Below, piece after piece: positions 1 through 9,189 of a stretch of 42,314 nt of DNA. The notes under the pieces are model-generated. The model did not search any database. It had not been told where the DNA came from and saw nothing but the letters and a program-made list of their open reading frames with translations. Source of the DNA: Candidatus Halarchaeoplasma halalkaliphilum (GTDB lineage: Archaea > Thermoplasmatota > Thermoplasmata > Halarchaeoplasmatales > Halarchaeoplasmataceae); assembly GCA_007133925.1 (NCBI GenBank), contig SLLU01000038.1, forward strand, positions 1 to 42,314. The letters run 5' to 3'. Positions within the stretch are counted from its first letter, which is position 1; each line of letters starts with the position of its first letter. The translations under genes were made by a program, and so were the position numbers.

Positions 1-40
1 CACGTACATGCATAAAACATTTTTCCCCTTTACACTAGTT

Positions 41-63
41 AAAGTGCCCGATCCGGGATTCGA
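41..63 (-). repeat. Partial duplicate of the 3' end of tRNA-Arg (23 bp identical to 128..150); att-like scar
   Basis: The exact string aaagtgcccgatccgggattcga occurs at 41..63 and 128..150. The second copy covers the T-arm 3' half, the acceptor 3' strand and 4 nt of flank of the intact tRNA. The copy at 41..63 has no matching 5' half, so it is not a tRNA. Confidence 0.8.
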
Positions 64-131
64 TTCATCGGAACAAGTTCCTATACTCTCATCCCGTTCC
101 GGTCACTTTTTCTCCCCGTCGGTCGTAAAAG

Positions 132-205
132 TGCCCGATCCGGGATTCGAACCCGGGTAAGAGGCTCCGCAGGCCTCCATGATATCCAGACTACACCAAT
201 CGGGC
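132..205 (-). tRNA. tRNA-Arg (anticodon GCG), 74 nt, no encoded CCA
   Basis: The reverse complement folds as a cloverleaf. Acceptor stem GCCCGAT/ATCGGGC; D arm GTGT..TCAT with GG in the loop; anticodon stem GAGGC/GCCTC; anticodon loop CTGCGGA; 4-nt variable loop; T arm CCGGG-TTCGAAT-CCCGG; discriminator A. Confidence 0.9.
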
Positions 206-303
206 GTTGGTAACGTGGGTTCCTAAGGCAAACTACTAATTTAATTTATCGTATTGCGGAGGAAAATCATTATCTATCCCCCCATACATGGGGGTCCAAG
301 GTC

Positions 304-1494
304 ATGAACATGGAAGTAGGACTGGTAGGAAAACCGAATGTGGGAAAGAGCACCTTCTTCGCCGCGGCAACAAGGACCGAGGTGGAAATGGCGTCTTATC
401 CATTCACAACCATAGAAGCGAACATAGGGGTGGGATACATACGGGCACCGTGTCCCCACGACGAGCTGGGGGTAACCTGTGAACCGAACCACACCCCCTG
501 TGTGAACGGGATACGGATGATACCCGTAAAGATGATAGATGTGGCGGGGCTTGTACCGGATGCCCATGCGGGAAAGGGTCTGGGCAACAAGTTCCTGGAC
601 GATCTCAGACAGGCTTCGGTCCTCATCCACATAGTGGATTCCAGCGGGTCTACCAACCCAGAGGGAGAACCCTGCCCGGTGGGTCAACACGATCCGGTAT
701 CCGACGTGGCATTCCTGGAAAGGGAGATAGACCTGTGGATAAAAGGTATCCTGGAAAACAACTGGAAGAAGGTATCGAGAAAACTGGAACTTGTTGGAGG
801 TAAACTGGACCGGGTGATCTTCGAACAGGTCTCGGGATTGGGGGTCAGCGAGGCAAAGGTATCAGCGGCCATACGGGACTCAAAGGCGCCGCAAAATCCA
901 AAGGACTGGGACGAAGAAACCCTTTACGAACTCGCCAGGAATTTGAGGTTGAAGAACAAGCCCATCATAATAGCGGCCAATAAGGCAGACCAAGCCTCCG
1001 AGGAAAATCTCACCGCCCTGGGGTCCCTGGATACTCCGGCGGTTACCACGTCGGCGGAATATGAACTGGCCATCAGAAAGGCATCGGAGAAGGGATTGGT
1101 CGATTATTCACCTGGGGAGGATAAATTCAATATCAAAAAGGATGACATAACCCCACCCCAGATGAACGCATTGCAGAAGATACGAGGGTTCATGGAAATA
1201 AACGGCGGGCTGGGGGTACAGCAGGTTCTGGAGAAGGCGGTTTACGATCTGCTGGATATGATCGTTGTTTATCCCGTGGAAAATGAACACAACTACACGG
1301 ACAAGGAAGGCCGGGTACTACCAGACGCATATCTGATGCCTAGGGGGAGCACTTCACTTGACCTTGCCTACGCGGTGCACACGGACATAGGCGAGGGTTT
1401 CATCCGCGCTGTGGATGCACGGAGTCAGAGGGTAATAGGCCGGGATCACGTCCTGAAGGACGGTGACATAATCAAGATAGTATCATCGAGGTGA
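304..1494 (+). CDS. Obg-like GTPase (Ygr210/YchF-related subfamily) with C-terminal TGS domain
   Basis: P-loop GKPNVGKST directly at the N-terminus; G2 region YPFTT; G3 DVAGLV; G4 NKAD. The C-terminal region (VIGRDHVLKDGDIIKIV) is TGS-like. A length of 396 aa is typical of the archaeal family. Confidence 0.88.
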   Translation: MNMEVGLVGKPNVGKSTFFAAATRTEVEMASYPFTTIEANIGVGYIRAPCPHDELGVTCEPNHTPCVNGIRMIPVKMIDVAGLVPDAHAGKGLGNKFLDDLRQASVLIHIVDSSGSTNPEGEPCPVGQHDPVSDVAFLEREIDLWIKGILENNWKKVSRKLELVGGKLDRVIFEQVSGLGVSEAKVSAAIRDSKAPQNPKDWDEETLYELARNLRLKNKPIIIAANKADQASEENLTALGSLDTPAVTTSAEYELAIRKASEKGLVDYSPGEDKFNIKKDDITPPQMNALQKIRGFMEINGGLGVQQVLEKAVYDLLDMIVVYPVENEHNYTDKEGRVLPDAYLMPRGSTSLDLAYAVHTDIGEGFIRAVDARSQRVIGRDHVLKDGDIIKIVSSR

Positions 1495-1496
1495 CC

Positions 1497-3875
1497 ATGA
1501 AAGAGCGGTTCAGGATATTGGCAGGAAGTTACTCTGGCGTTGAGAACGGGGTGGTAATAGAACTGTTCTGCCGTAGCGAACAAGGCTATTCTGCCACCCT
1601 TCTATACGAGGATTTCAAGCCTTATTTCCATCTGGTTGAACCGCCACGGGATGTAGTGCATGAATTCAAAGAACAGGATGAGATAACTGATATAATAGAT
1701 GTGGAACTGTGGGTCGATGGACGTAACCGACGGTGTAAAAAGGTGGTCTGTACTTACCCCTGGAGGGTACCGGACTATAGAAAACAGGTGGGTAACCGAT
1801 GTAAAATACTCGCGGCGGACATACCCTTCGTTCAACGTTTCTTGTACGATCTGAACCTTCCTTCCACGGTGACCATTGAAGGAATGGAGGTAGAAGTGGG
1901 AAAATATCTCACCGAGAAAGTTTACAAAGTCAGCAAGTTCAACGATGCAGAACATTTCAAGCCTGAACTATCCTATCTCAGTTTCGATCTGGAAAACAGT
2001 TTGGACGATGATACCATCTACACCATATGTGCGGTTGTGGATAATGGAAAGGAGCGAAAGAGATGCTGCTTTGACGGTGACGAAGAAACCATCATCAAGG
2101 ATTTCCTGAGTTTCGTTTCTGAGGAAGATCCAGACGTGATCACAGGATACAATATAAACGGCTATGATATCCCCATGATCGTTAAGAGGGGAGAACATCT
2201 TGGTATGAACTCTCTCCCTCTAGGCAGGGATGGCTCCGAACTGAAAACCGTGGGCAACCGTATGTGGAGGGCTGCAGGTCGTATAATCGCCGATACGTGG
2301 TGGGCGGTCAGAAGCGAGCTCAATCTAAAACGGGAGACACTGAACGATGCGGCCCTAGAGGTCCTGAACGAAGAAAAGATGGATGTTGACCCACTTGAGA
2401 TGGACAGGGAGTGGGCGGAGAACCCTGAAAAGGTGAAGAAATATTGTCTCAAGGATGCGGAACTGGCCTTGGACATCCTCCTGGAACTGGGTGTTATGGA
2501 TAAGGCCATGGACATGGCAACGGTTTCCCGCCTCCCTGTTGACGAGGGGTTGAACGGACGAACATCCACCCTGGTCGACTCCATCCTCATAAGGGAAGCG
2601 GACAGGAAAAAGTTGGGGGTTCCCTTAACTCGCCGAGGGGGAAAGCGAGGGAATATCAAGGGAGGATATGTGCATTCCATCGAACCGGGACTGTACTACT
2701 GGGTAAGCGTACTTGACTTCAAAAGCATGTATCCCAGCATCATAATGGAAAACAACATCTGCTTCACTACACTTTCAGAAAACGGCGAAATAGCCAGCCC
2801 CACCGGAGATCGTTTCATGAGCAGGTCGCAGAAGGAGGGGCTCTTGCCAACCATACTTTCAAATCTCATGGAAGAAAGGGACGATGTGAAGAAAAAGATG
2901 CGCACGTCCAGGGGCAAGGATAAGGAGTATTACAACGGACTGCAAAATGCCATCAAGATACTGATGAACTCCTTTTACGGTGTATTCGCCTCCTCATTTT
3001 ATCGTTTTACCGATCCCAGGATAGGGGAGAGCATCACAGCATTCGCCAGGGAGAACATCAAGAAGGTGATAGATGATCTGGAATCCGAGAAACTAAAGGT
3101 TATCTATTCGGACACCGACAGCGTGTTCTTCCAGTCTCCGGAAGAGGATCTGGATAAAACAGTAAAGCTCAGCAGAAGGATCGCGGAGGAGCAAAGCAGG
3201 GGAGACATCGTGTTGGAATTTGAGAAGGTACTGAACCCTCTTTTTAGCCACGGTATGAAAAAAAGGTATGTTGCCAGGGTGGTATGGCCGGAGGAGGATA
3301 TGCTGGTTCGGGGATACGAACTCAGGAGAAGTGATTCTTTTGATGCCCAGAACGAATCTCTTGAGGAGGTGTTCAATCACATTCTTGACGGTGATCTGAA
3401 GGGTGCCATGGAAACCGCTCGAAATCGGGTGGATATGGTACGTAGCGGGAATTTGAAGAAAGAAAAATTGGTCATATCCCGTTCATGCAAGGACTTCGAT
3501 TCCTACGTTAATCCAAACAGCATGCCCAACGTTCAGGCTGCCAGGAAGATGAAGGAACGTGGCTACAGGTTCATCCCGGGGATGAAGGTGTCCTGGATCG
3601 TGACCGATGCCAGCAGGACACCCCAAGAAGTGGAGCCCTGGATAGCGGATACCGAAGACACTATCAAACCGGACTACCAGTACTACGCCCAGCGGGTTGC
3701 TATGACCCTTTCCAGGGTAACTGAGGTATTCGGATGGGACGAGAAAGGCCTTCTCATGGGGAACCGACAGTCGAACCTGTTTTCATCTCAGTTCAACGAC
3801 AAAGGGGATGAGGAGAAAAAAAATAAACCGGAGTCTACAAATAAAAAGAAACTCACCCTGCACGACTTTATGTGA
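1497..3875 (+). CDS. polB: Family B DNA polymerase (PolB)
   Basis: Exo I motif FDLEN; Exo II GYNINGYDIPMI; Pol motif A LDFKSMYPSII; motif B KILMNSFYG; motif C YSDTDSV. The ATG at 1497 is preceded by GAGGTGA, which complements the 16S 3' end. The ORF track begins at the GTG at 1491, which overlaps the upstream stop codon. Confidence 0.95.
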   Translation: MKERFRILAGSYSGVENGVVIELFCRSEQGYSATLLYEDFKPYFHLVEPPRDVVHEFKEQDEITDIIDVELWVDGRNRRCKKVVCTYPWRVPDYRKQVGNRCKILAADIPFVQRFLYDLNLPSTVTIEGMEVEVGKYLTEKVYKVSKFNDAEHFKPELSYLSFDLENSLDDDTIYTICAVVDNGKERKRCCFDGDEETIIKDFLSFVSEEDPDVITGYNINGYDIPMIVKRGEHLGMNSLPLGRDGSELKTVGNRMWRAAGRIIADTWWAVRSELNLKRETLNDAALEVLNEEKMDVDPLEMDREWAENPEKVKKYCLKDAELALDILLELGVMDKAMDMATVSRLPVDEGLNGRTSTLVDSILIREADRKKLGVPLTRRGGKRGNIKGGYVHSIEPGLYYWVSVLDFKSMYPSIIMENNICFTTLSENGEIASPTGDRFMSRSQKEGLLPTILSNLMEERDDVKKKMRTSRGKDKEYYNGLQNAIKILMNSFYGVFASSFYRFTDPRIGESITAFARENIKKVIDDLESEKLKVIYSDTDSVFFQSPEEDLDKTVKLSRRIAEEQSRGDIVLEFEKVLNPLFSHGMKKRYVARVVWPEEDMLVRGYELRRSDSFDAQNESLEEVFNHILDGDLKGAMETARNRVDMVRSGNLKKEKLVISRSCKDFDSYVNPNSMPNVQAARKMKERGYRFIPGMKVSWIVTDASRTPQEVEPWIADTEDTIKPDYQYYAQRVAMTLSRVTEVFGWDEKGLLMGNRQSNLFSSQFNDKGDEEKKNKPESTNKKKLTLHDFM

Positions 3876-3877
3876 TA

Positions 3878-4687
3878 TCACCTTTCGGCGGTAACGATCC
3901 ATGCATCGGACCCATGTTCACCTTGACCTTCGAAATGATGATTACGGATGTTCTCGAACCCGGATTTCGCAAGAAGGGTGTTGATCTGATCTTCTGTGTA
4001 TAGTTTGAGTTGTATGTCGTACTCACTCTCGGTGATGACTCCCTCTTCGTTGACATGCAGTTTCTCGACTATCTCCAGTATCTGGGTGTCGGAATGATAA
4101 CTGCTCCTGTTCATCTTCCATACCTTCAATCCTCTTGGGGTTTCACGGATGGGGATGAACCTCTTCTCGGGTCGTTTGAAGTCTTTTTCCGGTGGCTTGA
4201 ACAGTTCCAGGGCCATGCCACCCCCGGGCCGGAGATGGGCATAGATCTTTCCCAATGCATGTTCGATATCCTCCGGCTCCATAAAGTGATGGAAATCACC
4301 AGTGGAAACGAATATGAAATCGAAGGTCCTACCCAGCTTGAAGTATCTGGCATCCTCCACCACCAGATCGGTAGGGTCCAGGTCGTTCTCCTCGAATTTC
4401 TCCCTTGCACGGTATATCATGGACCGTGTAAGGTCTACCCCTGTGACTTTGAAGCCTTTCTTTGCAAGGCCCGTCAGTATCTCACCGGTGCCGCACATAA
4501 GATGAAGAACTTTATCGCCGTAACCGGATGCAAGTTCTGCCCAGCGGTCGATCTCTTCTTCTCGCTCCGGAAAAAAGTAATCTATGGTATCAGCTCGAAG
4601 GGCATACATCTCGGTTATATCCGCGGGCCTTACACTCTTCATGGTTTGGAAACAGTACCAGATTATATAACTCTTTTGAAGGGTCAT
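3878..4687 (-). CDS. Class I SAM-dependent methyltransferase
   Basis: Motif I VLHLMCGTGEIL followed by VTGVDLT (acidic residue at the end of beta2). The ATG at 4687 overlaps the radB stop as ATGA. The longer ORF reaching 4723 would overlap radB by 40 nt. Confidence 0.78.
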   Translation of the reverse strand: MTLQKSYIIWYCFQTMKSVRPADITEMYALRADTIDYFFPEREEEIDRWAELASGYGDKVLHLMCGTGEILTGLAKKGFKVTGVDLTRSMIYRAREKFEENDLDPTDLVVEDARYFKLGRTFDFIFVSTGDFHHFMEPEDIEHALGKIYAHLRPGGGMALELFKPPEKDFKRPEKRFIPIRETPRGLKVWKMNRSSYHSDTQILEIVEKLHVNEEGVITESEYDIQLKLYTEDQINTLLAKSGFENIRNHHFEGQGEHGSDAWIVTAER

Positions 4688-5364
4688 TCCAGAGAGACCA
4701 GACCCTCGTCGGTTATACGGCACTCTATGCTCATCATCTCGGGCAGGGACCTGTGCTTGATGACCGAAAGTCGGCGTGTATGCCTTCTCCGGCCCTTCTC
4801 GATCTTGATTATGGTCTTGGAGTTGTGATAGAGCATGTGTCCGCCAAGGGGCTGCTCAGTACCGTTGCTCTGGTCCTGGTAAACCTGGGTGGTGATGACC
4901 ACGGGAACGTCCCTTTTCCTGGCGATCTTTAGCAAACGTACCATCTGCCGTCCCAGTATTGAACTGGCCTGACCCTGAGCTTCGCAGCCGATGAGGGTCC
5001 TGTAGAAGATGGTTATGCTGTCCACCACTATGAGACCTATGGAGATGCTGCTGTTGAAAGCCAGACGTTCGATCTCCTCCAAACGTTTGGTCTGCTCCTC
5101 AAAGGAATGTGCCCGGAAAAAAAGGGTGTTCTGCAGTACGTCGTCGGAACGATCCTTCGACATCTGCTTCAACCTCTCGGTAGAGATCCCCTCGGTGTCC
5201 AGATATATCACCTTTTTACCTTGGAGTGCGACATTTCTGGTGAGCTGGAGGCACAGGTTCGTTTTTCCCGTTCCTCCACCCCCGTATAGCTCCGTGATGG
5301 AACCTGATTCTATGCCCCCTTTGAGCATATCGTCAAGGGGGATGCACCCCGAAGGTAATTTCAT
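4684..5364 (-). CDS. radB: RadB, archaeal RecA/RadA paralog
   Basis: 226 aa with no N-terminal HhH domain. Walker A GGGGTGKT; YLDTEG; Walker B-like LIVVDS. The overall layout matches the RadB family. Confidence 0.85.
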   Translation of the reverse strand: MKLPSGCIPLDDMLKGGIESGSITELYGGGGTGKTNLCLQLTRNVALQGKKVIYLDTEGISTERLKQMSKDRSDDVLQNTLFFRAHSFEEQTKRLEEIERLAFNSSISIGLIVVDSITIFYRTLIGCEAQGQASSILGRQMVRLLKIARKRDVPVVITTQVYQDQSNGTEQPLGGHMLYHNSKTIIKIEKGRRRHTRRLSVIKHRSLPEMMSIECRITDEGLVSLE

Positions 5365-5393
5365 GGAGTAACCGAATAAGGTGGTTGATTTAA

Positions 5394-7253
5394 TTATTTG
5401 CGGTTCCCGGGTCTCTTTCGATAGTACCCGTCGTAGAACGAGGGGGGATCGTATCTACCCCAGCGCCTGTACCAGTGTATGAACCATGCTATGAGGATAG
5501 AACTTACTATGAGTGTGGGAAGAACAAAACAGTACACCACGGAATAGCTGGTTGTGGGCATGGCACTTACGTCCTGGGTACTAGCCCCTTCGCCAGCCGG
5601 GTTCACCGCGCTCACACTGTAGTAATAGGTTACCCGATTCGTAACGTTTTTGTCTTCGTATTCGGGTGTATGAGAAGAAACGATAGCTACGAGTACGCTC
5701 TCGTTCCCCTTTTCTCTACGATAAACGAAATATTCGTCCAAGTCCACACCTCCCAAATACTCCGGGGGTTCCCAGACCAGACGAACCATTGAATCACCGG
5801 GGTGGGATTCCAATCCCCTTGGTTCCCCGGGCACAACAGCTGCCGTGGCATTGACAATCTCGGACATCAAACCTTCCCCGCCGTAATTTATGGCGCTGAC
5901 CATGTAGTTGTAAGTCTCACCTATGGTAACTTCATCGTCAATATAGGACGACCTATCGGGGATCCAGGTATGCCTGGTGATGTTATCCTGAGGAGTCCAA
6001 CGATAGATCCAATAACCCTGTATCTCACCTCCGCCTACGTCAAGGGGATGCTCCCAGTTCAACAACAACCGACCGTCATCGACACTAATGGTGAGATCAC
6101 GGGGGGCCGAAGGCACGCCGATGAAAGCAAATAACATACCCCTTGTGGATGCCATGAATACAGTGCCGTGACAGCCTATGGCCGGAGAGGACACTACCGT
6201 GCCACCCATATCCGTTCTCCATTTTTCCGTACCATCGCTGTTGACTGCATAGGCAAAACCATCGTGGGAACCAAAATATACGGTACCATCTGCCCCCAAT
6301 GCCGGTGAAGCTTCAACGGGCCCACCGGTTGAAAACTTCCATATCAGTTCACCCCGCTCATCCACGGCATATAGATGTCCGTCATCGGAACCGAAGTAAA
6401 CCACTTCATCCTTACCAACAGAAGGGGATGACCTGATAGGACCATCTGTGGTGAAGTGCCAAAGGTAACCGCCCCGGAGATTCAAGGCATAGATCTTGTG
6501 GTCGGAGGAACCGAAATATATGGTACCGTTGGGGCTCACCGCGGGGGACGAATGGATCTCTCCACCGGTTTCGAATCTCCACCGTAGGGATCCTCCAGAC
6601 CCACTCAGGGCTAAAAGATCACCCCCGGAGGTGCCGATGTAAACTGTCCCGTCTACCCCTATTGCAGGTGAGGAGGTTATAGGGCTGTTGGTAGGATGAC
6701 TCCACCTTTCTGTACCGTCCGGATTGACTGCATACACATGGCCATCCCGGGATCCCACGTAAACAACACCGTCGGCGGATATGCCGGGAGATGACGTTAC
6801 GGCACCCCGGGTCTCGAATTCCCATAATTTTCGACCTCCGGAATCCAGGGCATACAGATTACGATCATTAGATCCAAAGTAAACATTACCATGGGGATCC
6901 AACGCAGGGCTTGATACCACTGTACCCCCGGTTTCGAAACTCCATCGGTTAACGAAATTTGTGTCGTAATCGAAGGCGTGAAGGTAACCGTCATCCGAGC
7001 CTATGAAAACCCTGGAATCGGCAGATACCGCCGGAGAAGACAAGAAAGGATGTGTGTGCCCCCAGCTGCGGTGATTCCTACCGTCCACTTGCCCTGTAAA
7101 GCGTGTACTCAAACCAGTATTCCCCGGGTTTCCGCCGAAACCCGGCCAAGGATGGTCCGGTACATCGGGTTCTTCGGAGGTCACCATGTGTGTGGAAAAC
7201 ACGGACATGGACACCAGCAAGCCCGCCACTAACAAGATTCGGAGTGCATTCAC
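5394..7253 (-). CDS. Secreted or anchored PQQ-like beta-propeller repeat protein with two FN3-like domains and a C-terminal TM anchor
   Basis: N-terminal signal-like hydrophobic segment. About 8 repeats of the ...G.VY.GS.DG.LYA.. / SSPA.. blade pattern. Two roughly 90-aa Ig/FN3-like segments (APRDL..W.P; PGEPRGL..LVWEPP). C-terminal TM helix followed by a basic tail. Confidence 0.75.
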   Translation of the reverse strand: MNALRILLVAGLLVSMSVFSTHMVTSEEPDVPDHPWPGFGGNPGNTGLSTRFTGQVDGRNHRSWGHTHPFLSSPAVSADSRVFIGSDDGYLHAFDYDTNFVNRWSFETGGTVVSSPALDPHGNVYFGSNDRNLYALDSGGRKLWEFETRGAVTSSPGISADGVVYVGSRDGHVYAVNPDGTERWSHPTNSPITSSPAIGVDGTVYIGTSGGDLLALSGSGGSLRWRFETGGEIHSSPAVSPNGTIYFGSSDHKIYALNLRGGYLWHFTTDGPIRSSPSVGKDEVVYFGSDDGHLYAVDERGELIWKFSTGGPVEASPALGADGTVYFGSHDGFAYAVNSDGTEKWRTDMGGTVVSSPAIGCHGTVFMASTRGMLFAFIGVPSAPRDLTISVDDGRLLLNWEHPLDVGGGEIQGYWIYRWTPQDNITRHTWIPDRSSYIDDEVTIGETYNYMVSAINYGGEGLMSEIVNATAAVVPGEPRGLESHPGDSMVRLVWEPPEYLGGVDLDEYFVYRREKGNESVLVAIVSSHTPEYEDKNVTNRVTYYYSVSAVNPAGEGASTQDVSAMPTTSYSVVYCFVLPTLIVSSILIAWFIHWYRRWGRYDPPSFYDGYYRKRPGNRK

Positions 7254-7403
7254 CCAATCACCGACCTTTGATCGTTCCAGAAAGATCTTTCTATCATTCG
7301 AGTATTAATCACTGAACAAAGATATAACGTTTTGGGATGAGAACATATCTCAAGGTAGGGAAATCTTTTTACAGATTTGTGTTTTCCAGTGATATGATCA
7401 AAC

Positions 7404-8594
7404 ATGAAATGCAACGGTAGTGGAAAGGGGTTGCCCGAACTAGTGGGACCCGCCGCCTTTGGGATAAAGATGGGGGTCATCCTCCCCGGGATCCCCGTGG
7501 ATGAGATGATAATCGAAAGGATGAGTGAACTCAACGGAGAGGGGCTAGTGGATAATGGGGACATACTGTGCATAACCGAATCCGTTGTTGCCCGATCCCA
7601 GAATAATTTCATAACCCTGGACATGGTGGCCCAGGAGGTAGGGGAGAAGCTGGGGCTACAAAAGGATGGTTCCTTGGGAGTGGTATTCCCCATACTGAGC
7701 AGGAACCGCTTTTCTCCCATCCTAAGAGGCCTTTCCAGAGCGGTCAACAGTGGAAAAGTAACGGTTCAACTATCATTTCCCACAGACGAGGTGGGGAATC
7801 CGATACTGGATGATGAGATACTAAAGGAACTAGGGAAAGGTAGGGTGGATACCATCACCATGGCCGACCTTCAAGGATTCGATTACAAGCATCCCCTGAC
7901 CGGTGTTAACTACATAGAGTTTTACCAGGAGTTGATCACCGGCGAAGGGGCGGAGGCTGAGATCATCCTCTCCAACGATCCCCTTGAGATATTGAAGTAC
8001 GAACCAGAGGGTGTGATAGCTGCGGACATACACACTTGTGAGTCCACACTGAGTTCACTGAGGGAGAAATTCTCCAACTGCATTTCATTAAAAGACCTTT
8101 GCTGCAAGGGAGAAAAATGTTCCGAATGGGGTCTCTTAGGTAGCAACCTATCCAGTGGGGACAAGTTGAAACTCCTTCCCAGGGATGGAGACTCTTTCGT
8201 TGAACGCCTCCGGAAGGATATAGAGAATGCCACGGGGAAAAATATACACGTGATGATCTACGGAGACGGGGCATACAAAGATCCGGAATCCGGCATATAC
8301 GAACTCGCGGACCCCAAGACTACTTTCGGAGCCACCAAGGAACTCACCGACCGATACCGAGACGGTATCAAATACAAGTTCGTCGCGGACTCCCTTAGCG
8401 AAGAGGGAAAAAGTGCGGAAGATATAGAACGGGCCATGGAACGGGTAAAAAAGAAAGGTGGGGAAAGAAACTGCATGGAAACCGAAGGTACCACTCCCAG
8501 GCAACTTACTGACATACTGGCCAGCCTCGCTGACCTTGTCAGCGGTTCCTCTGATGCAGGAACACCTGTAGTGCTGGTCAAGAACTTCTTCTGA
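7404..8594 (+). CDS. CofE-like (F420-0:gamma-glutamyl ligase family, COG1478-like) protein with a large insertion; function uncertain
   Basis: N-terminal GDILCITESVVARSQ and C-terminal ILASLADLVSGSSDAGTPVVLVKN resemble the conserved ends of the CofE family. The central part was not recognised. Confidence 0.45.
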   Translation: MKCNGSGKGLPELVGPAAFGIKMGVILPGIPVDEMIIERMSELNGEGLVDNGDILCITESVVARSQNNFITLDMVAQEVGEKLGLQKDGSLGVVFPILSRNRFSPILRGLSRAVNSGKVTVQLSFPTDEVGNPILDDEILKELGKGRVDTITMADLQGFDYKHPLTGVNYIEFYQELITGEGAEAEIILSNDPLEILKYEPEGVIAADIHTCESTLSSLREKFSNCISLKDLCCKGEKCSEWGLLGSNLSSGDKLKLLPRDGDSFVERLRKDIENATGKNIHVMIYGDGAYKDPESGIYELADPKTTFGATKELTDRYRDGIKYKFVADSLSEEGKSAEDIERAMERVKKKGGERNCMETEGTTPRQLTDILASLADLVSGSSDAGTPVVLVKNFF

Positions 8595-8614
8595 AGCAAC
8601 GTACCCGGATAAAC

Positions 8615-8624
8615 AAAAAAAAAA
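8615..8624 (-). terminator. Oligo-T (T10) archaeal terminator downstream of the wHTH regulator gene
   Basis: The A10 run on the plus strand is T10 on the minus strand, 14 nt past the stop at 8638. It sits in the convergent gap with the 7404..8594 gene. Confidence 0.4.
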
Positions 8625-8637
8625 GAACGAAAGGGGT

Positions 8638-9012
8638 TTAGTAGATCGCTTTTACCAGTTCGTCGATCTTCTTCAAGTTGCTCTCCATCTCCGATATACG
8701 GGCTTTCTCTTCCTTCTGTATCTCCAGGAATATCTCGTCTATGGGTTTGTCCAACTTGTAACCGTGAACCGGACGGCCCTTGCCTTCCTTCTTTATGTCT
8801 CTCTTATCCATCCAATCCTTCATCCTCATAGCCTGGGTGGCTATGGATACCTCGGGTTGTTTCAGACCGGTTGCGCTCTCTATCTCTCTTCGGGTAGCTT
8901 CATCTCGCCCCGCAACGTATACCAGTGTCAGGGCTATATTCCTTTCCACACCCGCTTTTCTGAGTCTTTCGACCAAATCCTTTTGCTTTTTAGTCAAGGT
9001 TTTTTCTGCCAT
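8638..9012 (-). CDS. Small winged-helix (ArsR/TrmB-like) transcriptional regulator with a C-terminal coiled-coil tail
   Basis: 124 aa. HTH-like RREIESATGLKQPEVSIATQAM, followed by a wing KGRPVHGYKL, followed by a heptad-like tail. Confidence 0.6.
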   Translation of the reverse strand: MAEKTLTKKQKDLVERLRKAGVERNIALTLVYVAGRDEATRREIESATGLKQPEVSIATQAMRMKDWMDKRDIKKEGKGRPVHGYKLDKPIDEIFLEIQKEEKARISEMESNLKKIDELVKAIY

Positions 9013-9189
9013 TTTTTACACCTTTTTCGTGAACGTTATGTCTTTTATTGTACATATGATATCGTTACTACTTTTTATATTTATGGGTTCATTTATGGAA
9101 TGCCCTATCATGAACAAAACAGCTATTTTTACATGAATATATATACCTTTGCACCAACATGCTAAGTGCCCCTAGGTCAAAATCTATAT

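Noticed and set aside
41-125. Possible second tRNA gene upstream of tRNA-Arg, because of the shared T-arm/acceptor string.
   Set aside because: Only the 3' 23 bp are shared. The adjoining sequence cannot form T-stem, anticodon or D arms, or a complementary acceptor 5' strand.
275-292. Short hairpin CCCCCAT-ac-ATGGGGG just upstream of the GTPase start, as a possible translational regulator.
   Set aside because: A 2-nt loop is sterically implausible and the element is short. It is probably fortuitous overlap with an out-of-frame ATG.
1497-3875. Inteins in polB, and likewise in rfcL, lonB and lhr.
   Set aside because: The polymerase motifs A, B and C are contiguous at normal spacing and the protein lengths are canonical. 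No intein splice motifs interrupt them.
4010-4828. 272-aa plus-strand ORF.
   Set aside because: It is antisense to the methyltransferase and the radB 3' end, both of which have clear family motifs. No motif is present in this frame.
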